From positions 6,829 through 70,828 of the forward strand of contig CANRGO010000002.1 in NCBI GenBank assembly GCA_947630125.1: 64,000 nt of DNA. The letters are read 5' to 3'. This document shows, in pieces, positions 9,576 through 18,346 of this stretch (position 1 is the stretch's first letter; each line of letters begins with the position of its first letter). The notes beneath the pieces are model-generated. The model saw nothing but the letters and a program-made list of their open reading frames with translations, ran no database searches and was not told the origin of the DNA. This stretch comes from an uncultured Lachnospiraceae bacterium (GTDB taxonomy: Bacteria > Bacillota > Clostridia > Lachnospirales > Lachnospiraceae). A program made the translations under genes and the position numbers.

Positions 9576-10439
9576 ATGGCAGGAAAATCTATCAAAACAA
9601 ACAGTAAGTTTGCAAATGGCATCCTTGGATTCTTTATGAATGCGATGTTAATACTTTTCTCCTTATCATGTATTTTTCCTTTGATTTGGATGTTTTATTC
9701 TTCATTAAAAACAAAAAGAGAGTTTTATGCGGATGTGACGGGTTTACCCGAAAATCCAACATTTCAAAACTTTATTGATTTATTATCAAATCCAAATAAT
9801 AACTTGTTAAGTGCAATGCTTAATAGTGTTAGAACTACGTTTTTATCAGTAGTGTTAATTGTAATATGTGGCTATGTTTTGGGTTATATCTTATCAAGAA
9901 TTAATTTTAAAGGAAATCGTGTAATTTATATTATGTTACTTATGGGAATGCTAATTCCTGTTCATGCACTTTTAGTTCCTGTTTACATTGTGTATAAAGA
10001 TTTAAATTTATCCAATCAATGGTTTACCTTGATTATCCCATATGTAGCTTTTGGTCTTCCAATTGCAGTATTTCTTGTAGAAGGTTATATTAAAGCGATT
10101 CCCATTGAATTAGAAGAGGCAGCAGCAATTGATGGAAGTAGTTTTTCGAAGACTTTATTCTCGATAATTCTTCCAGTAAGCCGTCCTATTCTTGTAACCA
10201 TTGCAATTATACAAACCTTTGCTTGTTGGAATGAATTCTCTTTTGCCTTAATTCTGATTAAAGATTCGGCTTTACAGACAGTACCTCCAGCTTTAACAAT
10301 GTTTAAAGGCCAATTTTCTTCGGATTTTCCAAAAACAATGGCAGCTTTGTTGATTACAATGTCTCCAATTGTTGTTCTTTATTTTACTTTCAGCAAACAA
10401 ATTATCAAAGGTATGGTTGCTGGTGCTGTAAAAGGTTAA
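9576..10439 (+). CDS. Sugar ABC transporter permease (MalG/UgpE-like)
   Basis: RBS AAGGAGG; EAA loop EEAAAIDGSSFSKTLFSIILP. Confidence 0.85.
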   Translation: MAGKSIKTNSKFANGILGFFMNAMLILFSLSCIFPLIWMFYSSLKTKREFYADVTGLPENPTFQNFIDLLSNPNNNLLSAMLNSVRTTFLSVVLIVICGYVLGYILSRINFKGNRVIYIMLLMGMLIPVHALLVPVYIVYKDLNLSNQWFTLIIPYVAFGLPIAVFLVEGYIKAIPIELEEAAAIDGSSFSKTLFSIILPVSRPILVTIAIIQTFACWNEFSFALILIKDSALQTVPPALTMFKGQFSSDFPKTMAALLITMSPIVVLYFTFSKQIIKGMVAGAVKG

Positions 10440-10559
10440 CTTTGATGAACTTATGAAAACTTTTTGGCAATTTTTAGAAAAGGATGAAATAATTCTTATT
10501 TTATGATAGGGTATTCTTTGTCTTGAAAAATATATTGCTACAGGTTTGGGGAGTAAAAA

Positions 10560-11573
10560 ATGGTACAGTTAAAGGATATAGCCAAGGAATGTGGGGTTTC
10601 GACAGCGACAGTTAGTAAAGCACTGAATAATCAAAAGGATATTGGTGAAGAAACAAAAGAAAAAATCAAGCGAATTGCGAAAGAAATGGGATATTTTCCT
10701 AATTCCGCAGCGAGAGCTTTAAAAACCAATCGTTCTTATAATATAGGTGTGCTTTTTACAGAAGAAGCTGGTAGTGGTTTGAAGCATGAGTACTTTTCCG
10801 GTGTTTTAAATGGGTTTAAGATACAGGCAGAAATGCAGGGATACGACATAACATTTATTAATACAGGATTTGAAAATCTGGCAATGTCATATATTGAACA
10901 CTGTAAATATCGTAATTTTGAAGGTGTGATAATCGTATGCGCTAATTATGAAGATCCCAATGTGTATGAACTGTTGAATAGTAACATTCCATTGGTTACC
11001 ATTGATTATATTCATCAGAAGTGTACAGCAGTATGCTCCAATAATGTAAAAGGTATCGAAAGTCTTGTGCGTTTTGTCTATGAGAAGGGGCATCGAAAGA
11101 TTGCTTATATTCATGGTCAGACTTTTTCCTTCGTAACAAAAGACAGACTTGCAAGTTTTTATAGAACTATGGGTGAATTAGGATTAGAGGTACCGGATGA
11201 ATATATTCGAGAAGCAGCTTATCTTGAGACAAAGAAAACCGCTGTAATTACGAAAGAGCTGTTGGGGTTAAAAAATCCACCAACTTGTATCCTTTATCCA
11301 GATGATACTTCTTTGATTGGTGGTCGAAATGTGATTATTGAAGCTGGACTTCGTATACCGCAAGATATTTCCATTGCTGGTTATGATGGTTTTCAGATTT
11401 CTCAATTATTATTTCCAAAATTAACTACCATTCAACAGGACACCAATGAAATCGGAAGAGAAGCTGCTAGAAGGCTAATTGCTTCGATTGAGAGTCCAAA
11501 GACAGCTTTGGTTGAAAGAATCATCATTGATGGAATCCTTCAACAAGGACAATCAGTAGGGCAAATAGAGTAA
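10560..11573 (+). CDS. LacI-family transcriptional regulator
   Basis: N-terminal HTH LKDIAKECGVSTATVSKALNN plus a periplasmic-binding-protein-like core. Confidence 0.9.
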   Translation: MVQLKDIAKECGVSTATVSKALNNQKDIGEETKEKIKRIAKEMGYFPNSAARALKTNRSYNIGVLFTEEAGSGLKHEYFSGVLNGFKIQAEMQGYDITFINTGFENLAMSYIEHCKYRNFEGVIIVCANYEDPNVYELLNSNIPLVTIDYIHQKCTAVCSNNVKGIESLVRFVYEKGHRKIAYIHGQTFSFVTKDRLASFYRTMGELGLEVPDEYIREAAYLETKKTAVITKELLGLKNPPTCILYPDDTSLIGGRNVIIEAGLRIPQDISIAGYDGFQISQLLFPKLTTIQQDTNEIGREAARRLIASIESPKTALVERIIIDGILQQGQSVGQIE

Positions 11574-11609
11574 CAAAGAGTACTGTTTATCGGACATATA
11601 GAATGTTAT

Positions 11610-11653
11610 CCTCTACACATGTTAAGAGATTTTCATGTGTGGAGGATTTTTTT
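11610..11653 (+). terminator. Rho-independent terminator whose 3' arm contains the next gene's GGAGG
   Basis: CCTCTACACATG / CATGTGTGGAGG: 12-bp stem with one G-U, then ATTTTTTT immediately before the ATG at 11654. Confidence 0.75.
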
Positions 11654-12019
11654 ATGAAAAAAATTATGTGGATGATTTGTTCTGTTTTGCTAGTGCTTGT
11701 GATAGCTTTTTGTGTTTCTAAAATTGTAAGTGGAAAAGATAATCAGGATCGTATGGCCCTTGAACATTATTATGATTCCTTGGAAAAAGAATACATTGCT
11801 CAAGTTCGATCTGTTTTAAAAGAATTTGGCTATGAGTATAGTGGGTTAAATCTTACCAAGGTGGTAACTGATCAAGAGAGAAGTTATGATATGGTAATAC
11901 ATGATCAGAGATTTGAATATTTGACGGAGAATTATGAAGACACCTTACTTAGCAAACTAAAATTTATCGAAATGGATCAAGGAGAAAGTATTATTATGAT
12001 TTCCTTAGTTTATCGATAA
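11654..12019 (+). CDS. Hypothetical small membrane-anchored protein
   Basis: Start moved to MKKIMWMICSVLLVLVIAF.. (signal/anchor) behind GGAGG; no recognisable family. Confidence 0.5.
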   Translation: MKKIMWMICSVLLVLVIAFCVSKIVSGKDNQDRMALEHYYDSLEKEYIAQVRSVLKEFGYEYSGLNLTKVVTDQERSYDMVIHDQRFEYLTENYEDTLLSKLKFIEMDQGESIIMISLVYR

Positions 12020-12099
12020 ACAAAGAAAAACAAAGTGCAAAACAAGATTGAATATATTATAATGTTTCTTGTATGAAGAGAAAGAAAGGTGGATTCAAG

Positions 12100-12639
12100 A
12101 TGCCAAATAGGCCAAGACCATATGATAAATATAGACATTTTAAGGGGAATATGTACCAGATACTAGCGATTGCAGAGGATTCAGAAGATGCAAGTGAAAA
12201 GGTTGTGTATCAGGCGTTGTACGGTAATTATAAGATATATGTAAGAGATATGGCGATGTTTCTGAGTAGAGTTGATCATACGAAGTATCCAGAAGCTACC
12301 CAGGAATATCGGTTCCAATTATGGGATGAGAAAGAAGAAGAGGATAATTTGATTTCTTTTTTACAGGGTAATGACAATAAAGAGGTGAAACGAAGTCTTG
12401 TTCAGGAAGAGGAAGCAGTTTTACCTGAAGTTTTATCGAAATTTTTAGATTCGGACAGCTATGAGGAAAAATTAAATATTCTAAGTATGAATAGTTCACA
12501 AATCACGGAAGATATTTTGAATACCATAGCAGTTTCCTTGGATTTGGAATTAAAACAGGAAGGAACAGAAGAAAAGTTTGAAGAACTAAAAAACTGTCTG
12601 CTTATGTTGGAGAAATTTGAATGTAACAGACTTCGATAG
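12100..12639 (+). CDS. DUF1653-like domain protein with acidic C-terminal extension
   Basis: YRHFKGNMYQILAIAEDSEDASEKVVYQALYG resembles the DUF1653 core. Start at the ATG behind AAAGGTGG. Confidence 0.6.
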   Translation: MPNRPRPYDKYRHFKGNMYQILAIAEDSEDASEKVVYQALYGNYKIYVRDMAMFLSRVDHTKYPEATQEYRFQLWDEKEEEDNLISFLQGNDNKEVKRSLVQEEEAVLPEVLSKFLDSDSYEEKLNILSMNSSQITEDILNTIAVSLDLELKQEGTEEKFEELKNCLLMLEKFECNRLR

Positions 12640-12664
12640 TTTTAAAAAGAAAGGAGGGAGCACT

Positions 12665-13567
12665 ATGGCATATAGTTTGGAGCATAAACTTGTAGTAGGA
12701 GTTTCTTCCAGAGCGTTGTTTGATTTGACGGTCGAAAATACAATATTTGAAACAAAAGGAGTAGAAGCCTACCGACAGTACCAGTTGGAACACGAACAGG
12801 AAATTTTGAAGCCAGGACCAGGATTTACACTGATCAAATCTTTACTGAATCTGAATAAACTATCAAATCAGAAGCAGCGTGTTGAAGTTATCGTGATGTC
12901 GAGAAATAGTGCGGATACATCCCTTCGTGTGTTTAACTCACTTACACATTATGGATTGGAAATCTCCAGAGCTGCTCTGGCAAGTGGAGGGTCATTAGCT
13001 CCTTATCTTGGTGCCTTTAAGACGGATTTGTTCTTGTCTGCGTATGAAGATGATGTCCAAAGTGCGATTAACTCAGGTATAGCTGCAGGAATCATTGTGA
13101 GTGATGGGATTCATCATTATCCTTATTCAGATGACATCAAGCAAATTCGCATCGCTTTTGATGGAGATGCAGTTTTATTTACGGATGAATCGGAACGAAT
13201 ATATCAAAGAGACGGGCTTAAAGCGTTTGAAGAAAATGAGCGTAAAAACGCAAATAATCCATTACCAGAGGGACCTTTTGCAAAATTTTTAAAAACGATT
13301 TCTGCTTTACAGAAGGAATTTGATCAAAATAATGCACCAATACGTACAGCGCTTGTAACATCAAGAAGTGCACCTGCCCATGAGCGGGTAATACGTACAT
13401 TGCGGGCATGGAATGTACGTATTGATGAAGCTTTTTTTCTAGGAGGTATCTCTAAAAAGGAAATTCTGGAAGCGTTTCAGGCAGATATCTTTTTTGATGA
13501 TCAGGCAGTACATACAACACCAGCTTCGGAAGTAGTGCCTTCCGCAAGGGTGCCATATAAGCAGTAG
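12665..13567 (+). CDS. Putative 5'-nucleotidase (bacterial cytosolic 5'-nucleotidase family)
   Basis: Start behind AAAGGAGGG. LVVGVSSRALFDL.. and ..AFDGDAVLF.. blocks; family assignment is from memory. Confidence 0.5.
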   Translation: MAYSLEHKLVVGVSSRALFDLTVENTIFETKGVEAYRQYQLEHEQEILKPGPGFTLIKSLLNLNKLSNQKQRVEVIVMSRNSADTSLRVFNSLTHYGLEISRAALASGGSLAPYLGAFKTDLFLSAYEDDVQSAINSGIAAGIIVSDGIHHYPYSDDIKQIRIAFDGDAVLFTDESERIYQRDGLKAFEENERKNANNPLPEGPFAKFLKTISALQKEFDQNNAPIRTALVTSRSAPAHERVIRTLRAWNVRIDEAFFLGGISKKEILEAFQADIFFDDQAVHTTPASEVVPSARVPYKQ

Positions 13568-13577
13568 GAGGCTTGTC

Positions 13578-14285
13578 TTGTTATATAAGAATATTAAAGA
13601 AGCATTTTTTTTGGAGAGACCGAATCGTTTTATCGCGGAAGTACTAGTGGATGGTATCAAAGAAAGAGTGCATGTGAAGAATACTGGACGATGTAAAGAA
13701 TTATTGATTCCGGGAGTAAAAATATATTTAGAAGAGTCGGATAAAGAGGAAAGAAAAACTCGTTATGATTTAGTCATGGTTGAAAAGGGAGACAGACTCA
13801 TTAATATGGATTCTCAAAGCCCAAATGAAGCAGCCTATTGGTTTGCGAAAGCGGGTGGACTTGGGTTTGCTCCAACGCTTGTAAAAAGAGAGGTAAAGTT
13901 TCAAAATTCTCGTTTTGATTTTTATATAGAAGAAAATGAAAAAAGATATTTTATGGAAGTGAAAGGGGTCACTCTGGAAGAAGATGGAGTTGTTCGTTTT
14001 CCAGATGCTCCTTCGGAAAGAGCCATAAAACATGTGGAAGAATTGATACAGGCGACTAATCTTGGTTACGAGGCAATAATTTTATTTGTAATTCAAATGG
14101 GTGACGTTTTGCATTTTGAACCTAATTGGGTTACACAGAGAAAATTTGGAGAAGTACTTCAAAGAGCCGAAGAAGCTGGTGTTCGTATTCTGGCCTATGA
14201 TTGTATCGTAAGCAGAGAGAATATGGTTCTGCATAATTCGGTTAAAGTTGAATTGAACTTACCGCACAAAGACCAAACAAAGTAA
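13578..14285 (+). CDS. sfsA: Sugar fermentation stimulation protein SfsA
   Basis: TTG start 7 nt after AGGAGG. ERPNRFIAEV...HVKNTGRCKELL is the characteristic SfsA N-terminus. Confidence 0.85.
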   Translation: MLYKNIKEAFFLERPNRFIAEVLVDGIKERVHVKNTGRCKELLIPGVKIYLEESDKEERKTRYDLVMVEKGDRLINMDSQSPNEAAYWFAKAGGLGFAPTLVKREVKFQNSRFDFYIEENEKRYFMEVKGVTLEEDGVVRFPDAPSERAIKHVEELIQATNLGYEAIILFVIQMGDVLHFEPNWVTQRKFGEVLQRAEEAGVRILAYDCIVSRENMVLHNSVKVELNLPHKDQTK

Positions 14286-14296
14286 GGAAGATAAGT

Positions 14297-15370
14297 ATGA
14301 AGATAGAAACAATCGTTACCCCCTTGTTGGATTGGTTTTATTCACAAGCCAGAATCCTTCCGTGGAGAGAGAATCCGACTCCTTACAGAGTCTGGATTTC
14401 GGAAATTATGCTTCAACAGACCAGGGTCGAAGCAGTAAAGCCATATTATGACAGGTTTATGCAACGCTTGGAAAGTATAGAGGAACTGGCGCTTATTGAA
14501 GAACAGGAATTGTTGAAATTATGGGAAGGGCTTGGCTATTATAATCGAGCAAGGAACCTTAAAAAAACAGCAAATATCGTAGTTGATCAATATGATGGTA
14601 AGCTACCAGCAAGTTATGAAGAATTACAAAAACTTCCAGGAATCGGTAGCTATACTGCAGGAGCAGTGGCTTCCATTGCATATAAAATAAAAGCACCTGC
14701 TGTGGATGGGAATGTTCTGCGGGTATTTTCAAGACTTTTGTTATATGAAAAAGATGTATTGTCTCAAAAAGCAAAAAAAGAAATTGAACAACTTGTTATG
14801 GAAATCATGCCGGATGATCCGGCTGCTTTTAATCAGGCACTTATGGAGCTTGGAGCTCTTGTTTGTGTGCCAAATGGGAAACCGAAGTGTGAAAAATGTC
14901 CATTAGAAAACCTCTGTCTTGCAAAAGCAGAAGATAGAATGATGGAATATCCAAAGAAAACACCAAAAAAACCGAGAGTAATCGAAAACAGGACGATACT
15001 AGTGATAAAAGATCAAAATAAAGCGGCGATTCAAAAAAGGCCAGAGAAAGGACTCTTGGCTGGTATGTATGAATTTCCCAGTTTAAATGGTCATGTTTCT
15101 GAGGAAGATGTTATTGCATATTTAAAAGAAACAGGAATTGAAGTGATACGTATCCAGGCTCTTGAAAAATCAAAACATATTTTTAGCCACATTGAATGGC
15201 ATATGATAGGCTATGAGGTAAGAGTGGATGAACTTAGTCCATTAAAAAAAACAAATGAGCAATTACTGTTTATGACAGCGAAAGATACCCAGGATCATTA
15301 CCCGATTCCTACTGCTTTTCTGGCATATACAAAATATTTAAACATTCAGCTTGGAATTTATGAAAAATAA
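14297..15370 (+). CDS. mutY: A/G-specific adenine DNA glycosylase MutY
   Basis: LPWR..PY.VWISEIMLQQTRV; HhH-GPD (LPGIGSYTAGAVASIA); 4Fe-4S Cys cluster (C..C..C..C); NUDIX-like C-terminus. Confidence 0.9.
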   Translation: MKIETIVTPLLDWFYSQARILPWRENPTPYRVWISEIMLQQTRVEAVKPYYDRFMQRLESIEELALIEEQELLKLWEGLGYYNRARNLKKTANIVVDQYDGKLPASYEELQKLPGIGSYTAGAVASIAYKIKAPAVDGNVLRVFSRLLLYEKDVLSQKAKKEIEQLVMEIMPDDPAAFNQALMELGALVCVPNGKPKCEKCPLENLCLAKAEDRMMEYPKKTPKKPRVIENRTILVIKDQNKAAIQKRPEKGLLAGMYEFPSLNGHVSEEDVIAYLKETGIEVIRIQALEKSKHIFSHIEWHMIGYEVRVDELSPLKKTNEQLLFMTAKDTQDHYPIPTAFLAYTKYLNIQLGIYEK

Positions 15371-15390
15371 TAAATAGGAGTGTTATTATT

Positions 15391-16416
15391 ATGAAGTTAC
15401 TTACGATTACAATACCCTGCTATAATTCTGCTGCTTATATGAGAAATTGCATTGAATCCTTATTGCCAGGTGGTGATGATGTAGAAATTATTATTGTAAA
15501 TGATGGTTCGAAAGACGAAACAAAGGAGATCGCGGACGAATATGCTGCGAAATATCCATCCATTGTGAAAGCAATCCATAAAGAAAATGGTGGGCACGGC
15601 TCCGCAGTCAATGCAGGAATTGAACATGCTACGGGTCTTTATTTTAAGGTTGTCGATAGCGATGACTGGGTTAAGAACAGTGCTTATCTGGAAATATTAC
15701 AAACATTGAAAGAACTTTCTGGGACAAGGGAAAGTCTGGATATGTTAATCAGTAATTTTGTTTACGATAAGGTAGGAGAGACCAGGAAAAAAGTAATGGC
15801 ATATAAACATGTGCTTCCAGAGAACCGCTTATTTGGGTGGGAAGAAATCAGACGTTTTGGCAAAGGAAAATATATCTTAATGCATTCGGTAATTTTTCGA
15901 ACCAAACTCTTGTGGGAGTGTAATTTAAAACTCCCCGAGCATACATTTTATGTAGATAATATTTATGTATATTTTCCCTTGCTACATGTAAAAAATCTAT
16001 ATTATTTAAATGTTAATTTCTATCATTATTTTATTGGACGTGAAGATCAGTCTGTAAATGAAAAAGTGATGATTTCGAGAATCGATCAACAGATTCGTGT
16101 AAATAAGCTAATGATCGACTTTCTGTCAGAAAACTATAACAAACTGACAAAAGAAAAGAAATTAAAAAATTATATGTTAAATTATTTAGATATTATTACA
16201 ACGGTTTCCTCGATTATGTTAATTCGTTCTGAAACAGAAGAGAACTTCGAGAAAAAGAAGGAACTATGGTCTTATTTAAAACAAAAGAACAAATCTATTT
16301 ATAAACGCCTTCGGTATGGAATTTTGGGAAGCAGCATGAATTTACCGGGAAAGAGTGGTAGGAAGATTTCAGAAGAGGGATATAAAATTTGCCGTAAGTT
16401 TTTTAAATTCAACTAA
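15391..16416 (+). CDS. Family 2 glycosyltransferase
   Basis: ITIPCYNSAAYM, VNDGSKDET and DSDDW motifs. Confidence 0.85.
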   Translation: MKLLTITIPCYNSAAYMRNCIESLLPGGDDVEIIIVNDGSKDETKEIADEYAAKYPSIVKAIHKENGGHGSAVNAGIEHATGLYFKVVDSDDWVKNSAYLEILQTLKELSGTRESLDMLISNFVYDKVGETRKKVMAYKHVLPENRLFGWEEIRRFGKGKYILMHSVIFRTKLLWECNLKLPEHTFYVDNIYVYFPLLHVKNLYYLNVNFYHYFIGREDQSVNEKVMISRIDQQIRVNKLMIDFLSENYNKLTKEKKLKNYMLNYLDIITTVSSIMLIRSETEENFEKKKELWSYLKQKNKSIYKRLRYGILGSSMNLPGKSGRKISEEGYKICRKFFKFN

Positions 16417-16422
16417 AAAGAA

Positions 16423-16457
16423 AGAGAATTCCAATTAATTTTGGAATTCTCTTTTTT
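16423..16457. terminator. Bidirectional terminator between convergent genes
   Basis: AGAGAATTCCAA / TTGGAATTCTCT perfect 12-bp stem, flanked by an A-run and a T-run. Confidence 0.8.
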
Positions 16458-17151
16458 AATACTCTGTAATGGAGGAAGCTTTTTCCTGGCGAACAAAACT
16501 AAAGCCATACAATAAAAAGTACATAACTGCTGCTAACAAAAAGGCACTAATGACATCCATGATAGAGTGCTGTTTGATCAGTACAGTGGAACAGACAATG
16601 GAAATACAAAGTACAAATGAAAGAGTTTTGATTGCATATTTGTTCTTTAATTCTTCACAGTTCATCAGTGAAAGGTGAACAGCAAGAGAGTTATAAACAT
16701 GAATACTTGGAAAAATGTTTGTAGGTGTATCTGTTCGATATAGACCTTTTATTAATTCCGTGAATACGTTTGGTTCCTGAAACAAGGCTGGTCGTAAATT
16801 ATGACCGTTTGGAAATAGGAAAGAAATCAGCAAAAACAGAGTCATTCCTGTGTATAAAAACACACATAGTTTGCTATAAACACGTAGATTTTTCATCCCG
16901 CAGTACAATACAATCACAGCAACATAAGCAAACCAAAGAAGATAAGGGATAATAAAAATCTCTAAGAAGGGTATTTTATCATCTAAAGATACGTGAATGA
17001 TATGATAATTTTTAGTCACTGTTTTTTCCACATAAGAAAAGCCTGCCATATAAAATAGAAAATACATCAGCAGCGGAATCATGTGTTTGAATTGAAAATA
17101 TAGATTTTGTGATGTGGTCAGTGTTAAAGTTTTTTTGGTTATCATGTGCAC
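16456..17151 (-). CDS. PAP2-superfamily-like integral membrane protein
   Basis: Six TM segments. FPSIHV and KQHSIMDV resemble the PAP2 C2/C3 motifs (SGH / H..D). Confidence 0.5.
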   Translation of the reverse strand: MHMITKKTLTLTTSQNLYFQFKHMIPLLMYFLFYMAGFSYVEKTVTKNYHIIHVSLDDKIPFLEIFIIPYLLWFAYVAVIVLYCGMKNLRVYSKLCVFLYTGMTLFLLISFLFPNGHNLRPALFQEPNVFTELIKGLYRTDTPTNIFPSIHVYNSLAVHLSLMNCEELKNKYAIKTLSFVLCISIVCSTVLIKQHSIMDVISAFLLAAVMYFLLYGFSFVRQEKASSITEY

Positions 17152-17157
17152 GCCTCA

Positions 17158-18075
17158 TTAATAAAGGAATTTTAGTTGGTAGGATACTATGGAAAAATCA
17201 AGTTGTGTAGTTGTATTTTCTGACTCACCATCGGTATGGAAATAAAGTGGGAATTCAGATTCTACTTTTATTTTTGAAGCCTGATATATGTGTATGCCTT
17301 GAAACTTTGTATGTTTTCCGAAAAATGCGGTCGGTAATATACTAAGAGCTTTTGGTGTAGAAATGTTTGAAACTGCAATGATGTCTAAACGGCCATCATT
17401 GGGATTGGCATCAGGGCAAAATAAAAACCCACCACCTTCATATTTTTGGTTCATGGCTGCCATAAATAAACAGTGGTCTAAGTGAATTGTATTAGTATCG
17501 TCTAAAGTGATTGCAATATGGCCCTTTTTTGCAAATGCAATTTCAAGAAGTGCAATGCTTAGGTAACTTAGTTTTCCAAGACCAATGTGATTGAGCATAT
17601 TCTTGATTTTAGACTTGTTAACTTTCACGCAGACAGCCGCATCAAATCCAAGTCCGCTGCTTACAAGAAATTTTCTTGCAACGCCATTTGCTTCACATAA
17701 ACCCACGTCAAAAGATTTTGTTTGTGTGGATGAAATAATGTGTTCCAGATTCACTTTCATTTTTTTCTGAATGCCAAGAGAGCGGGCAAAATCATTGCTG
17801 GAACCTGTAGGAATATAACCTATGAGAACCTGTTCTGGATTTTGTATGCCCTGAATCACATCGTTAAGCGTACCATCTCCGCCTAAAACCACAAGGGTGA
17901 TGGATGCTGTTAGATGTGCGGTTAAATCGCTGGCTAACAGGGTTGCATCTTCTTTGCATTTTGTAAAATGAGCAGAATAGGCAATTTTTTGTTGCTTTAG
18001 TAAAGCTTCAACTTTATTCCAGATACGGATTCCTTTTCCGGATTTTGATGCTGGGTTAATAATAATTTCTAACAT
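17158..18075 (-). CDS. Diacylglycerol/lipid kinase family protein (YegS/DagK-like)
   Basis: INPASKSGKG...VVLGGDGTLNDV catalytic-domain signature. Confidence 0.85.
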   Translation of the reverse strand: MLEIIINPASKSGKGIRIWNKVEALLKQQKIAYSAHFTKCKEDATLLASDLTAHLTASITLVVLGGDGTLNDVIQGIQNPEQVLIGYIPTGSSNDFARSLGIQKKMKVNLEHIISSTQTKSFDVGLCEANGVARKFLVSSGLGFDAAVCVKVNKSKIKNMLNHIGLGKLSYLSIALLEIAFAKKGHIAITLDDTNTIHLDHCLFMAAMNQKYEGGGFLFCPDANPNDGRLDIIAVSNISTPKALSILPTAFFGKHTKFQGIHIYQASKIKVESEFPLYFHTDGESENTTTQLDFSIVSYQLKFLY

Positions 18076-18224
18076 GGTTTACCTCGCTGGTTTCATTTCA
18101 CACATGCATAATTGTATCAATAAATTATATATTAGTAAAGATTGTTTGGAAAATGTTTTCTTATGAAATATTTAGCAAAAAAATTCTTTTATATTTTAAT
18201 AATGTGTTTATTTTAACCATATTA

Positions 18225-18244
18225 TATGTTAATATATTAACATA
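18225..18244. promoter_or_regulatory. Perfect 20-bp palindrome matching the clostridial Rex operator
   Basis: TATGTTAATA|TATTAACATA. The inner 18-mer ATGTTAATATATTAACAT differs from TTGTTAA-N4-TTAACAA only at the two outermost positions. It lies ~100 nt upstream of the hydrogenase operon. Confidence 0.6.
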
Positions 18245-18346
18245 GTTGGGATATATTACTATATATATGAAGAAGCCTGATAATTTATTGTGGAATATGA
18301 CTGTATAGACCACAAAACTTGTATGAAGTGAAGAAAGGATCTTAAT

